Shown here: positions 18,063 through 27,466 of the stretch, piece after piece
How positions within the stretch are numbered: position 1 is the stretch's first letter
Layout of the letters: the number at the start of each line of letters is the position of its first letter
DNA from: Candidatus Micrarchaeota archaeon
Lineage (GTDB): Archaea > Micrarchaeota > Micrarchaeia > Micrarchaeales > CABMGC01
NCBI GenBank assembly: GCA_021848065.1
Contig: JAJZNA010000032.1
Location: forward strand, 35,389-99,388
DNA: 64,000 nt
Reading direction: 5' to 3'
Notes under the pieces: generated by a model
Database searches by the model: none
What the model was told of the DNA's origin: nothing
The model's input: only the letters and a program-made list of their open reading frames with translations
Program-made: the position numbers and the translations under genes

Positions 18063-18998
18063 ATGCGCAGGTTTTTGGCAGGGCTGAATGGTTTGGATGG
18101 AAAATCCAAAGCCCAGTCCGCCATGGAGTACCTCATGACCTATGGCTGGGCGATACTGATTATCGCAGTTGTGATGGTTGCACTCTTCGCACTGGGGGTA
18201 TTCAACGGTGCAAACTTCGGCCCGCGCGCAACTGCCGGCGCCTGCCAAGTCGTCAGGAATGTTGAATCGGTAACCTTGCAGGGCCAGTGCCAGGGTGAAC
18301 TGCCCATGTATGCTGCCTACTTCAACGGCCAGACCTCCAGTGTAGAGATACCTTATAGCCCGGCCCTGCAGCCTCTATCGCATTTTACATGGGCTGCATG
18401 GCTATATATCGAACCCTACCAAGGCCCTCCTCCAACAAAATACGGGTCAAGGATATATATGAACGGCGGCGGTGGCTCGAGCCAAGGGTGGGAGATAACC
18501 GTGCCCTCAAGTAACCTGGGAAGCCATGCCCCGGTCAGTGCCGGCATAGGCCTGGGCTCTTCGGAGCAGTCCCTCTCGGGAAGCGTCCCTACAGGCTCAT
18601 GGCAATTCCTTGCGATTGCTTTCAATTCTTCTGCGGGAACTGCCTCAATGTATCTCAACTCAAACACATATCCCATCGGCATTCTTAGTTTCACCCCAGG
18701 TACGGACATGAATGCGTATGTGGGCAATGTGGTGATAGGGGCTTACGGGGACTCGCCTTTCGATAACTTCAACGGTTCCATATCCAATGTGCAGATGTAC
18801 AACGCCACACTATCCGCCAATGACATATCCTCATTATACCGCGAAGGGATCGGCGGCGCACCTATCGATCCTCTGCACATCGTTGGCTGGTGGCCGCTAA
18901 ACGGCAATGCGAATGATTATTCAGGCAATTCCCATGACGGCACTTCTGCAAGCGTGTCGTACACCTCTTCCTGGACTTCCGGCTACACGCAGCCGTAA
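18063..18998 (+). CDS. class III signal peptide protein with LamG-like domain, paralog 2
   Basis: Same N- and C-terminal modules as 17179..18009, with a different central region. Confidence 0.75.
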   Translation: MRRFLAGLNGLDGKSKAQSAMEYLMTYGWAILIIAVVMVALFALGVFNGANFGPRATAGACQVVRNVESVTLQGQCQGELPMYAAYFNGQTSSVEIPYSPALQPLSHFTWAAWLYIEPYQGPPPTKYGSRIYMNGGGGSSQGWEITVPSSNLGSHAPVSAGIGLGSSEQSLSGSVPTGSWQFLAIAFNSSAGTASMYLNSNTYPIGILSFTPGTDMNAYVGNVVIGAYGDSPFDNFNGSISNVQMYNATLSANDISSLYREGIGGAPIDPLHIVGWWPLNGNANDYSGNSHDGTSASVSYTSSWTSGYTQP

Positions 18999-19051
18999 AA
19001 CCGGGCAGCTATTTATTGCTTTCTTGCAGATTATAATCGGGTAGTTATCTA

Positions 19052-19939
19052 ATGCGCAGGCTTTGGGCAGTGATGAATGATTCGCATGCAAAATTCAAGA
19101 CCCAGTCCGCCATGGAGTACCTCATGACCTATGGCTGGGCGATACTCATCATTGCGGTCGTAATGGTAGCTCTCTTCGCACTGGGCGTATTCAACGGCTC
19201 AAACTTTGGCCCACGCGCAACCCCAGGCGCCTGCCAGGTCGTCAGGAACGCAGAATCCGTAACCCTTCAGGGCCAGTGCCAGGGTGAGCTCCCGATGTAC
19301 GCCGCCTATTTCAGTGCTCAAAGCGGTCAAAGCGCAGTTACAATATCGACCCCTAGCGTGGAGAGCGCCATCGGCTCAGGGTTTTCAGAAAGCGCATGGA
19401 TATACGACATGGCATCACCTACCTCAAGGAACGATATAGTCAGCGCTTACGGCACATACCTCAATCTCCAAGGTTCACAACTATGCTTCTGGGTGAGCGG
19501 CGTAAATACGAAATACCTGTGCTCAGGAAGCACTGGCGTATCGCAGAATACCTGGTCATTTGTAGCAGCAACGTACTCAAACGGCGCAGAAACAGTGTAC
19601 ATAGATGGCCAGGCTGCGGCAAACACTCTCCTTTCCGGCACACCAACCGGCGGGGCCGTGCCTGCGACTATAGGCGAATGCGGTTACTGTGGCAGCGTCC
19701 ACTTTTCCTTCCTTGGTTATATAAGCAACGTGCAGATGTACAACACAACCCTATCTGCGAACGACATCAATGCATTATATCATGAGGGCATCGGCGGCGC
19801 ACCTATCGACCCCCTGCACATCGTTGGCTGGTGGCCGCTAAACGGCAACGCGCAGGACTATTCGGGCAACTCCAACAACGGCCAGGAGACGAGTATAAGC
19901 TATACGAGCAGCTGGACTTCCGGCTACACGGTGCCATAG
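19052..19939 (+). CDS. class III signal peptide protein with LamG-like domain, paralog 3
   Basis: Same N- and C-terminal modules as the other two paralogs, with a different central region. Confidence 0.75.
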   Translation: MRRLWAVMNDSHAKFKTQSAMEYLMTYGWAILIIAVVMVALFALGVFNGSNFGPRATPGACQVVRNAESVTLQGQCQGELPMYAAYFSAQSGQSAVTISTPSVESAIGSGFSESAWIYDMASPTSRNDIVSAYGTYLNLQGSQLCFWVSGVNTKYLCSGSTGVSQNTWSFVAATYSNGAETVYIDGQAAANTLLSGTPTGGAVPATIGECGYCGSVHFSFLGYISNVQMYNTTLSANDINALYHEGIGGAPIDPLHIVGWWPLNGNAQDYSGNSNNGQETSISYTSSWTSGYTVP

Positions 19940-19955
19940 CCCCAAAGCCTTAAGA

Positions 19956-20381
19956 ATGATGGTTGCCCAACCTCCTGCGATTAACATGCATATGCGATTC
20001 AGGCCCATGCAACACGCTCAGGAGCCTAATGAGAGATATACTCTAACACTGCCCTTCAACCCCAGCCGTGTGTATTCCAAACAGCTTAAGCAGCTCAGAA
20101 GGGACCTAATAGCAAGGGGCATGTCTGCCGTAGGCTCTGCAGCGCTCCTTCCTCTTCCCGCGTCTCTTGTCTTTTCCGAACATGGCCTGTGGCCCAGGGC
20201 GCTGTGGGCATCGGTAAGCGTTGTACTTATAGCGTCCCTTGGAAGGCATATGGGTGGCATTGCCAATAACCGGCTCAAGAGCAGGACATATCGCAGCAGG
20301 AGGGCAACTGCCGAGCAGTCCGAAATGAAGGAACTGCTCGCAAGGCTTGAAAGGAAACAGCCCATCAATGTAATCAGATAA
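19956..20381 (+). CDS. hypothetical membrane protein
   Basis: 141-aa ORF with two hydrophobic segments and a charged C-terminus. It competes with an antisense ORF at 20018..20458 that looks less protein-like. Confidence 0.3.
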   Translation: MMVAQPPAINMHMRFRPMQHAQEPNERYTLTLPFNPSRVYSKQLKQLRRDLIARGMSAVGSAALLPLPASLVFSEHGLWPRALWASVSVVLIASLGRHMGGIANNRLKSRTYRSRRATAEQSEMKELLARLERKQPINVIR

Positions 20382-20551
20382 GCTGCAAGTGCCAGTAGCC
20401 ATGGCCTTTCCAGCAACGTGCTTGCGCTCAGGTTTAAATAGGAGAAATATCCAGCCATTTTTGTGATTAGATGGCTGCTATAAGGGCTGCAAAAAGGCCG
20501 GTTACAGATTAGGCATTCCTTGCCTCTGTAAAAAGGGAAGGCGACACATTA

Positions 20552-21088
20552 GTGCTTCCGCTATCTGTAGGGGCGGATAGAACGCTCCAGAGGGCCATGC
20601 ACGTCTCAGGAGGTCGCGTAGTGCTCATAACGTCACGCCATCCTTGCAATTTCCATGTGGACTTTGAGATGCCGCATGGCGATCTTCGCGTCTACCACTC
20701 TAAAGACCAATATGGCACAACAAAATACACTTATACTGATCAGAAGATATCATCCATCTTCAGCTTCCCTCTCATAGCAGCGCAGATAGTAGACCAGCGC
20801 GCCATGCTCGAAGCCGGGACGCGTGTGGACATGCATTCCATTGCAGGCGGTATGGATCAGTATCATTATCCGGTAGTGCTCGACCTTTCAGGCAGCACTG
20901 CTAAAGTATTGTCAATAAATGCGCTCCAGCCTTCAGACCCTTTCAAGAGCGTGATTCACGCCCAAAGCCTGACGACCCACATGACCGTGACCATGGCAAG
21001 GCGTGATCCGGCCGAGATCTCTTTCGGAGGCCTGCTCTCCCCTTTCCGTGGCACATTTGAGTACATAGGCGACCTTGCAAGGCAGTGA
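20552..21088 (+). CDS. hypothetical protein
   Basis: 178-aa ORF with balanced composition and no motif. Confidence 0.4.
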   Translation: MLPLSVGADRTLQRAMHVSGGRVVLITSRHPCNFHVDFEMPHGDLRVYHSKDQYGTTKYTYTDQKISSIFSFPLIAAQIVDQRAMLEAGTRVDMHSIAGGMDQYHYPVVLDLSGSTAKVLSINALQPSDPFKSVIHAQSLTTHMTVTMARRDPAEISFGGLLSPFRGTFEYIGDLARQ

Positions 21089-21314
21089 GCTACCTGGCGA
21101 ACAGTGCATTGCGGATGCATGGCATACGCACAAAGCGCCAGGGGTATGGGGCTCAAGGGCTCCATGAAAGGGGTGTTACCTGCCATACACAGGAAGGCGC
21201 AGAGAAATTGCAGCCCATCTAGCTACAATGTTTTAAATATCTGGAAAGTTGATAACTTTTTGTGTCACTATCGGCTCTGAGCCGTAGCAGCACTGTATAT
21301 TATAGCGTGATAGA

Positions 21315-21650
21315 ATGGTTTTAAAGCGCAATACTGGTGGAATGTATCCTGGCAGGCTCTCAGTTTTCGGCACGGTGCCGCAGCAGCCAAATTTCGGCCT
21401 TCCCGGTGAGGTAAGGGATCTTAGCGCCATAGTGGTTGGCGCAACCTACCGCAGGGTATGGACGCAGCGCACTGCGGATGGTGAGGCTCCGACAACATTA
21501 AAAGTGCTCAGCGAGCCGTCAAACGGGTGGGTTGAAGTGGAGCAGGTCCCCGAAAGCGGGATAAAGTACAGGGTCTCCCTGGCAGACATGGGCGTAATCC
21601 CATACGAAAACGGCACTTACAACGCCTTCAATGCGCTCGTAAGGGTTTAA
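21315..21650 (+). CDS. hypothetical protein
   Basis: 111-aa ORF with no motif. Confidence 0.4.
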   Translation: MVLKRNTGGMYPGRLSVFGTVPQQPNFGLPGEVRDLSAIVVGATYRRVWTQRTADGEAPTTLKVLSEPSNGWVEVEQVPESGIKYRVSLADMGVIPYENGTYNAFNALVRV

Positions 21651-21803
21651 TTGCAACCTATGTGATTTAAGGGCCTGGCTGCTGCTTCAACTTGCATATA
21701 GCTGCCTGTGTACATAATTTATGTCTAGCCATGCCCATGCCTTTCCCATCTAAGGCATGTTGAATCAGGCTAGCCCTACCTGCCTGGCATCATGATACCT
21801 GCT

Positions 21804-22301
21804 TCAATCAAGCCTCATTATGCCGAACAGCACTTCCCCATCATCCTCTTTCTTTTCCTTAGTATAATCCCTTATGACTCCCCCGTCCTTAAGGCGCTCG
21901 AGCGCATTTATCATGTATCTTTTCACGTCCGAAGTGGTATCTATCAGTATGCTCTCCACTCCAGGCCTCCTTACCGCGTCCCTTATCCCGCTATCAAGCA
22001 GTGCCCCGCAAATTCCCTGCCTCCTATGCTGCGCGCCTACCTGCACCCTCACAAATTCGACCCTAGCCCCAGATATCTCGGTCCACAGCAACCCCACTAT
22101 CTCCCCTCCGTCTCTCCTCCTTGCCGCATGGTATACGCTGCCTGTCCAGCTGCCCATCTGCGCGTAAGAGAGATCCGCAACGCTGCCCAGGAACGGCCTG
22201 AGCTCAAGCCTTAGGCTATCCCCACGCCCAAGCGCTTCGCTGCCTATGACCTCCACTCTGACTGCCGGCTGTGCAAGCCTTCTCATAGCGTTCCTGTCCA
22301 T
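21804..22301 (-). CDS. GNAT-family N-acetyltransferase
   Basis: Acetyl-CoA binding motif VQVGAQHRRQGICGALL (R-x-x-G-x-G/A). The 165-aa size is typical. Confidence 0.65.
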   Translation of the reverse strand: MDRNAMRRLAQPAVRVEVIGSEALGRGDSLRLELRPFLGSVADLSYAQMGSWTGSVYHAARRRDGGEIVGLLWTEISGARVEFVRVQVGAQHRRQGICGALLDSGIRDAVRRPGVESILIDTTSDVKRYMINALERLKDGGVIRDYTKEKKEDDGEVLFGIMRLD

Positions 22302-22374
22302 GGCCTGGATGGACGCTTTCTGGTATTTATTATTTGGCAGGCATCGGGATCAAGCATCCGGCCAGCGGCTTCAG

Positions 22375-22485
22375 TGACATCTACAAGCGGCCTAGGTCAG
22401 CGCAAAAACCCGCCCAGCCCTTCCAGCGCGAGCCGTATGGCGCAGCCCCGCAGCGCATCGAGCCTAAACTGGCCAGGTTCACTTG
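22375..22485 (+). pseudogene. 5' stub of an M48-like peptidase gene (paralog of 24657..25445)
   Basis: DIYKRPRSAQKPAQP...IEPKLARFT parallels PIFKRHRAAQKPAPS...LEPKLVRFT. The nucleotide strings agcgcgagc and gagcctaaactgg(c/t)caggttcac are shared. Similarity stops abruptly after about 110 nt. Confidence 0.55.
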
Positions 22486-22560
22486 GCAACATATCCGCGC
22501 TCGATTATGGATTAAGGCCTATGCTAGGGCCTGAGCGCAGTCACTGTGCCCCATATTGAT

Positions 22561-23772
22561 TCATCTGGGTATTTCGCCTTTCCTCGCCCTGGCTATCTGG
22601 TGCGTGTATGCGCCCCATGCCTGCTTTGGCTTTCCATGCACATCAAGAAGGCCAAAGTGGTTCTCCATCTGCGGGAACGACTTCCAGTAACTGTCGGCAA
22701 ACCGGTATATGCCAAGCCCACTCACCCTCCTGTCCGAGAACGCAGCAATGCACGCTGAGTTGATATACTCCCGCTGCCTTTTCTCGTTGTAGCCAAATAT
22801 TCTTGGGCCGGACGCATAGCCCGTCTCCATTATGTACACCGGCATATGCGTAGCCGCATGCGCCTCATCCACTATCCTCCTTGCTGCCGAGAGCCGGGTA
22901 TGGAACGGATTTGCATATCCCTGATAGAAGTCTATGCCAAGGACGTTGCAGTATTTTGCATACCTCTTCCAGTCGGTCCTTAGCCCTATGTAGTCTATGT
23001 TTATGGCTATTGGGGCGCCGGGGGCCTCTTTGGCCACCACCTCGTGCAACGCAGAGAGTATGGGCTCCTTGCTCGATTCCCGGAGCCATATCGATCCCGC
23101 TCTCCAGTCTGCCATCGCATGCCCCAGCCAGGCATTGGGCTCGTTCTCTATCTGCCATGCGTCCACCCTTCCCTTATAGTGCCTTACTATCTTGCTTGAG
23201 GACCTGTATAGTTGCTCCACATATTCTTCTATATTGCCGCTGGCCGTTCCTAGCGGCATGAAGCGCTTGTAGCCATCGCCTATGACTGCAACTAATCCTA
23301 TCCCTGCGTCATTCATCTCCTCCACGAAGTAGTCTAGGGGAAAGCAAAATCCCGACCCTATTTCCGGCTCGAAGAAGTTCCATGGGAACCAGCAGCGCAC
23401 ATAGTCTATGCCATTGGCCTTGAGGAACGCCGCCACCGAGCGCGTGAGCTTTCTCGTGTCGTGCCTGTTCTCCCTGTATACCAGGGAATCCGTGAAATTT
23501 CCCTCCCCATACCTATGCGCCCGCTTGCCGCGCTCGTTGGGCAGGCCGAACCTCCCATTGCGCGTTGGCCTGTATGCAAGGAATGGGATCACTACTGAAG
23601 GCGGGTCGGGCAAGCCCGCGAACCTCCACATGTCATCTATGTCTACACCGAAGTTGAACCTCTCCCCAACCATGGTAAAAGTCATGGAATCGCCGCATCC
23701 AGCGTACAGACCTGGCTGCTGCTCATAATTGCAAGTCAAATAATAAATATGGGTGGATGCCAGTTGCGCCAA
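22561..23772 (-). CDS. clan GH-A (TIM-barrel) glycoside hydrolase, family not assigned
   Basis: Acid/base motif WQIENEPNAW and nucleophile motif VYIMETGYASG in the expected order and spacing. The TTG start is uncertain. Confidence 0.6.
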   Translation of the reverse strand: MAQLASTHIYYLTCNYEQQPGLYAGCGDSMTFTMVGERFNFGVDIDDMWRFAGLPDPPSVVIPFLAYRPTRNGRFGLPNERGKRAHRYGEGNFTDSLVYRENRHDTRKLTRSVAAFLKANGIDYVRCWFPWNFFEPEIGSGFCFPLDYFVEEMNDAGIGLVAVIGDGYKRFMPLGTASGNIEEYVEQLYRSSSKIVRHYKGRVDAWQIENEPNAWLGHAMADWRAGSIWLRESSKEPILSALHEVVAKEAPGAPIAINIDYIGLRTDWKRYAKYCNVLGIDFYQGYANPFHTRLSAARRIVDEAHAATHMPVYIMETGYASGPRIFGYNEKRQREYINSACIAAFSDRRVSGLGIYRFADSYWKSFPQMENHFGLLDVHGKPKQAWGAYTHQIARARKGEIPR

Positions 23773-23899
23773 TATGTTTGCAGCGCAATTGCCTTTGCGG
23801 CATGCCTATGCCGTCCATCAGCCTGCCGGATAGCGCTGCGTGGCCTGGAAATCCTCAAAGGCCGCCACACTTTCCATAATGTGTAGTGGGGTCTTGGCC

Positions 23900-24613
23900 T
23901 TAGCACCTGACCTCATATTCCCCAAACGGATACTTCACCGTTATGCTCCCATTCAGCATCGGCGTAGTCACTTGCGCGCCTCTGGCTTGCAGTATCTCGC
24001 GTGCAAGCCCGGAAAAGCCATCGTCCACCTTAAACTCGAGATGGAACTCCGCGCCCTTCATGGCCACAAAATTGCCGCCAATGAGCATCAGCTCCCAGCC
24101 CTGCGCTGCCTCAATGCGCTCGGTGACGTGGATATCCAAGGTTCCGTTCGACTTCGATCCGAACGCAGCCACCCTGTGGTTTCCCCCTCCAGTTACGACG
24201 TAGATGCTCCTGCCTTCGGGCATGGCTATCTCCGCCACGTCTGGCGGCTCCTTCCTGATGAGCCCCTTTAGGCCTCCGGCATCAAGCTCCATTAGGCTGC
24301 GAAGCCGCTGCGCATTCCATGGCACTGCGACCAAGCTGCGTACATCCGCCACCGTATGCGTGTCCGCGCCTGACGCCAGGCCTGCAGTGAAAGATACCAC
24401 GACAGTGCTCTGGTACTTTGCGGGTTCTGACCTGAACAGCCCCCGGTATGCCTGATCTGGGCTGCGCTGCGGGTCTATCCTATCTACTATATGTGCTCTG
24501 TATGCCATCCAAACCAAGTGCCCCGCCGGGCATATATGATATGGCTTTTTTGATATATATCCCTTTACCCATGCCGAGCTGCTCTTCATTGCCTGCTCCT
24601 GATATCGCTCCAA
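23900..24613 (-). CDS. hypothetical protein
   Basis: 237-aa ORF with no motif. Start uncertain (TTG at 24613, or ATG at 24589). Confidence 0.4.
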   Translation of the reverse strand: MERYQEQAMKSSSAWVKGYISKKPYHICPAGHLVWMAYRAHIVDRIDPQRSPDQAYRGLFRSEPAKYQSTVVVSFTAGLASGADTHTVADVRSLVAVPWNAQRLRSLMELDAGGLKGLIRKEPPDVAEIAMPEGRSIYVVTGGGNHRVAAFGSKSNGTLDIHVTERIEAAQGWELMLIGGNFVAMKGAEFHLEFKVDDGFSGLAREILQARGAQVTTPMLNGSITVKYPFGEYEVRC

Positions 24614-24656
24614 TGCCTATCTTTTTATACCAGAATGCGTGCTATCCCGTAATATC

Positions 24657-25445
24657 ATGCCCATCTTCAAGCGGCATAGAGCAGCACAAAAACCAGCCCC
24701 ATCCCGCCAGCGCGAGCTGGATGACGAAGCCCTTGAGCGCCTCGAGCCTAAACTGGTCAGGTTCACAGAATTCGTATTCGCCCTCGATGGCGCATTCAGG
24801 ACCGATGTGCAAGCCTGCGCGCTTGGATACGGCGACGACCTCACGGCGGGATGCGCCATTCTTCCCGGGCTGGGAACCTCGGTGGTGATAAATCCTGCAT
24901 TTCTCGATGCCGTTCCGGAAAGGTTTCTCGGGCCTATAGCCATGCACGAGATTGCACACCTCAAGCGCGGTGACCGAGACAGAGTCACGCGCAATCTCAG
25001 AAAAGCAGCATACTTCTTCATGGCGGCTAGGACTGCAACGGTGTACTCGGCATCCGCACTCAACGTCTTCACCTTCGGGCTTGGCATCTGGGAACATTCC
25101 TCAAGCCTAAGGTCCATTGCAGATTCCATTCCAGGCCTGCTGGCCGGCCAGGCTGTCCTTGCAAGCGTGTCTTACCTGGCCGCCTCGGCGGCCATAGGCG
25201 CATTCAAGCATGCATCCGCATTCTTCGTAGCCTCGTCCATGAGGCGCAATGAGAAGCAGGCCGACCTCGAGTCCGCAAGGATTTTCGGGGTCTCGGCAAA
25301 CATAGAGATGCTCGGGTTCTTGAAAGGATACTCCCGCGGCCCAAGGCCCACGCTAAGGGAACGCCTATATTCTCACCACCCAACCCCCAACTCCAGGATC
25401 AGGCATCTTGGCAGGGCTTCCAATCGCTACGATCTTCCGAGGTGA
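24657..25445 (+). CDS. M48-like zinc metallopeptidase, paralog 1
   Basis: Contains HEIAHLKRGD, then hydrophobic helices, then NEKQADLESA (E-x-x-A-D) and SHHPTPNSRIRHL (M48 C-terminal HP...R motif). An ATG at 24657 follows a TATA-like CTTTTTATAC. Confidence 0.65.
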   Translation: MPIFKRHRAAQKPAPSRQRELDDEALERLEPKLVRFTEFVFALDGAFRTDVQACALGYGDDLTAGCAILPGLGTSVVINPAFLDAVPERFLGPIAMHEIAHLKRGDRDRVTRNLRKAAYFFMAARTATVYSASALNVFTFGLGIWEHSSSLRSIADSIPGLLAGQAVLASVSYLAASAAIGAFKHASAFFVASSMRRNEKQADLESARIFGVSANIEMLGFLKGYSRGPRPTLRERLYSHHPTPNSRIRHLGRASNRYDLPR

Positions 25446-25519
25446 TTCCGGCCGTCCAGGCTGAGCCTGCACATTATAATCGCCACGCTTAAATATGAGG
25501 AAAAGCATACCCATCGCAT

Positions 25520-26005
25520 ATGGGAATCTCTTTCAGGAGGAGGCCTCACGGGCGTGAAGATGCTCTTGCCTCTGCAGTGCGTGGAATCGAAGCCGGGCTT
25601 GTGCCAAGGCAAGGAGTTGCCCCAAGGCTGGCTACGCTAGCGGTCCTCATGCGCGATAGGCTCGGGCCGGACTGGCTGGGCGGCGAGACCTTCAGGGCGA
25701 GGACCCGCAGGCTCTCGCTTCTCTACGAATGGACCAGCCTTAATGACCTGGGAGACCCATACATTCGCGCAGTCAAGGACGGGATGGTAGCGCTGAGCAG
25801 CAGCCATGTGCGCCCCCGCGGCTTCCTGGGCGTCGTAGAAGCGACTGCGGCCGCAATGAATGCGCTGAGGTCTGATGAAAGCCTGCCCGGAAACTATGCT
25901 CGCATGCTCTCCGGAGCGATAGAGGAGCTAAGGGCCCAGGGCCTCATAGAAGTCGATCCTGTGAGCAAAAGCATAAGGCCTGCGCAGGCTGTGAATAAGC
26001 CGTAA
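25520..26005 (+). CDS. hypothetical protein
   Basis: 161-aa ORF downstream of the peptidase, with no motif. Confidence 0.4.
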   Translation: MGISFRRRPHGREDALASAVRGIEAGLVPRQGVAPRLATLAVLMRDRLGPDWLGGETFRARTRRLSLLYEWTSLNDLGDPYIRAVKDGMVALSSSHVRPRGFLGVVEATAAAMNALRSDESLPGNYARMLSGAIEELRAQGLIEVDPVSKSIRPAQAVNKP

Positions 26006-26230
26006 AAACGCATGCGCGCATGGAACATTGGCTTGACACTATCAAAACTCTTCACGCTAGAAGGAGAAGTAATAAGAGCCAATGCTTCAGAGGTTGAAGC
26101 TGGTGGCAATAATAACCATAGCTATCTGCTCATTTTTCAGAATAGATAATACTTAGGCTCGTTTTCCCCATTTCATAAACACTTATTCTAGCCTCTTTAT
26201 GATGTGGTAATACGCAAGAATTAGGCTTTA

Positions 26231-26617
26231 TTAAAGTTCCAAAGTTTTGACCCCTACTTTTCTAGCGACTTCTGCTTGATGCTTGTCACAGGTGAGTAGC
26301 TCATAGCCATCCTTCATGGCAGCAGCAATAAACATGGCGTCATATACGGATGTATCGTATTTACTGGCTATCTCAAAGGCCTTGCTTATACTCTTCTTCT
26401 GTTCCACAAATCTAAAGGTACTGGGATATCTATCTAGCACTTCTATTGCAGTATCTTCATCAAAACTGTTCTGTCTCACTTTCTTCAAGAGCGCACTTGC
26501 TAGTTCCATCATCGAGAGCTCTATGCTTATTGGAGTATATAGGTACTCTCGCAAAGAATCCCAACCAGGCTCCTCGGAGAAGAACTTTACTATCACTGAG
26601 CTATCAATGAGTCGCAT
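26231..26617 (-). CDS. vapC: PIN-domain toxin (VapC-like)
   Basis: Starts MRLIDSSVIVKFF... with acidic residues at PIN positions (D5, E-rich centre, D near CDKHQ). It is 128 aa and overlaps the upstream small gene by 14 nt. Confidence 0.7.
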   Translation of the reverse strand: MRLIDSSVIVKFFSEEPGWDSLREYLYTPISIELSMMELASALLKKVRQNSFDEDTAIEVLDRYPSTFRFVEQKKSISKAFEIASKYDTSVYDAMFIAAAMKDGYELLTCDKHQAEVARKVGVKTLEL

Positions 26618-26837
26618 ATCTATCTTCCCTTATTGATTTTAGAGCGAAGCCTGCCTTTGATGGCTTGGAGTGCTTCTTTACAAGTAGTTCTAACTCGTTT
26701 AGGGTTTTCTTAGCATCAGCTTTCCAAGCAAGATCTTCAAGGTACTCTCTAGCCTTCTCCGAACTGTTTATTCCAAGTTTCTTCAGCCTTTCAGCTGTGC
26801 CTTCCCTTACTCTAATACTGATAACTTCGCTTTCCAT
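26604..26837 (-). CDS. vapB: VapB-like antitoxin
   Basis: 77-aa protein (ISIRVREGTAERLKKLG...) immediately upstream of and overlapping the PIN gene. Confidence 0.6.
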   Translation of the reverse strand: MESEVISIRVREGTAERLKKLGINSSEKAREYLEDLAWKADAKKTLNELELLVKKHSKPSKAGFALKSIREDRYATH

Positions 26838-26907
26838 GATAATATTATTCTACTACAGATATATAAACATTTTAGTTTACAAAAATGATTACGAACTTTA
26901 TAGGTAA

Positions 26908-27048
26908 CGCATATGTTCGCCTATCCGCAACAATAAAGGTATTTCCTTTTATCGCAAAGAGGGTTTCAAGGAGACAGGAAGAAAGAAAGAGGTTGTAGGA
27001 GGACAGAAAGTGTCTACAGTAGTAATGCAGAAAAGAATAAGTAGGTAA
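26908..27048 (+). pseudogene. C-terminal remnant of a GNAT acetyltransferase
   Basis: The open frame reads ...SPIRNNKGISFYRKEGFKETGRKKEVVGGQKVSTVVMQKRISR*, which resembles the GNAT C-terminal N..a..fY.k.GF...G motif. There is no start codon, and a TAA lies directly upstream. Confidence 0.4.
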
Positions 27049-27114
27049 CTCGGACTCTCGATTTTAAATAATCCTTATTCCAGCCCCTTTATTATGCTGC
27101 AATATGGCGGATGG

Positions 27115-27450
27115 CTACTGGCAGGAAGTCCCCTTGGTGTCGCCATTGCGCTTCAACTTGGCTATAGCATCAAGCGCAGTGTTCAATCCTATCATAATGT
27201 CTCCCACCGCTTCGCTCTTGCCCCTAAATGTGGTGGCCGCATCCCCTCTCCTCATTGCATCATCTATCATCTTCTGTGCCCCGCTTACAATGATCATCTC
27301 TTTCGGCACTCTTGCGCTTTTAAATACCATGCCTATCAATGAACTTGCATTATTTTTCCTATATAGTGTTATCCGATTCTGGCAGTTCTTATGCTGGCAT
27401 CTGTTTTTTTGCAATGCAGCCGGGCCACCTGCAAGGCTAGCCCTGCACAA
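27115..27450 (-). CDS. hypothetical protein
   Basis: 111-aa ORF. The real start may be the internal MVFKSARV. It competes with the plus-strand ORF 27104..27580. Confidence 0.3.
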   Translation of the reverse strand: MCRASLAGGPAALQKNRCQHKNCQNRITLYRKNNASSLIGMVFKSARVPKEMIIVSGAQKMIDDAMRRGDAATTFRGKSEAVGDIMIGLNTALDAIAKLKRNGDTKGTSCQ

Positions 27451-27466
27451 AGCGCCATCTTGTCCT

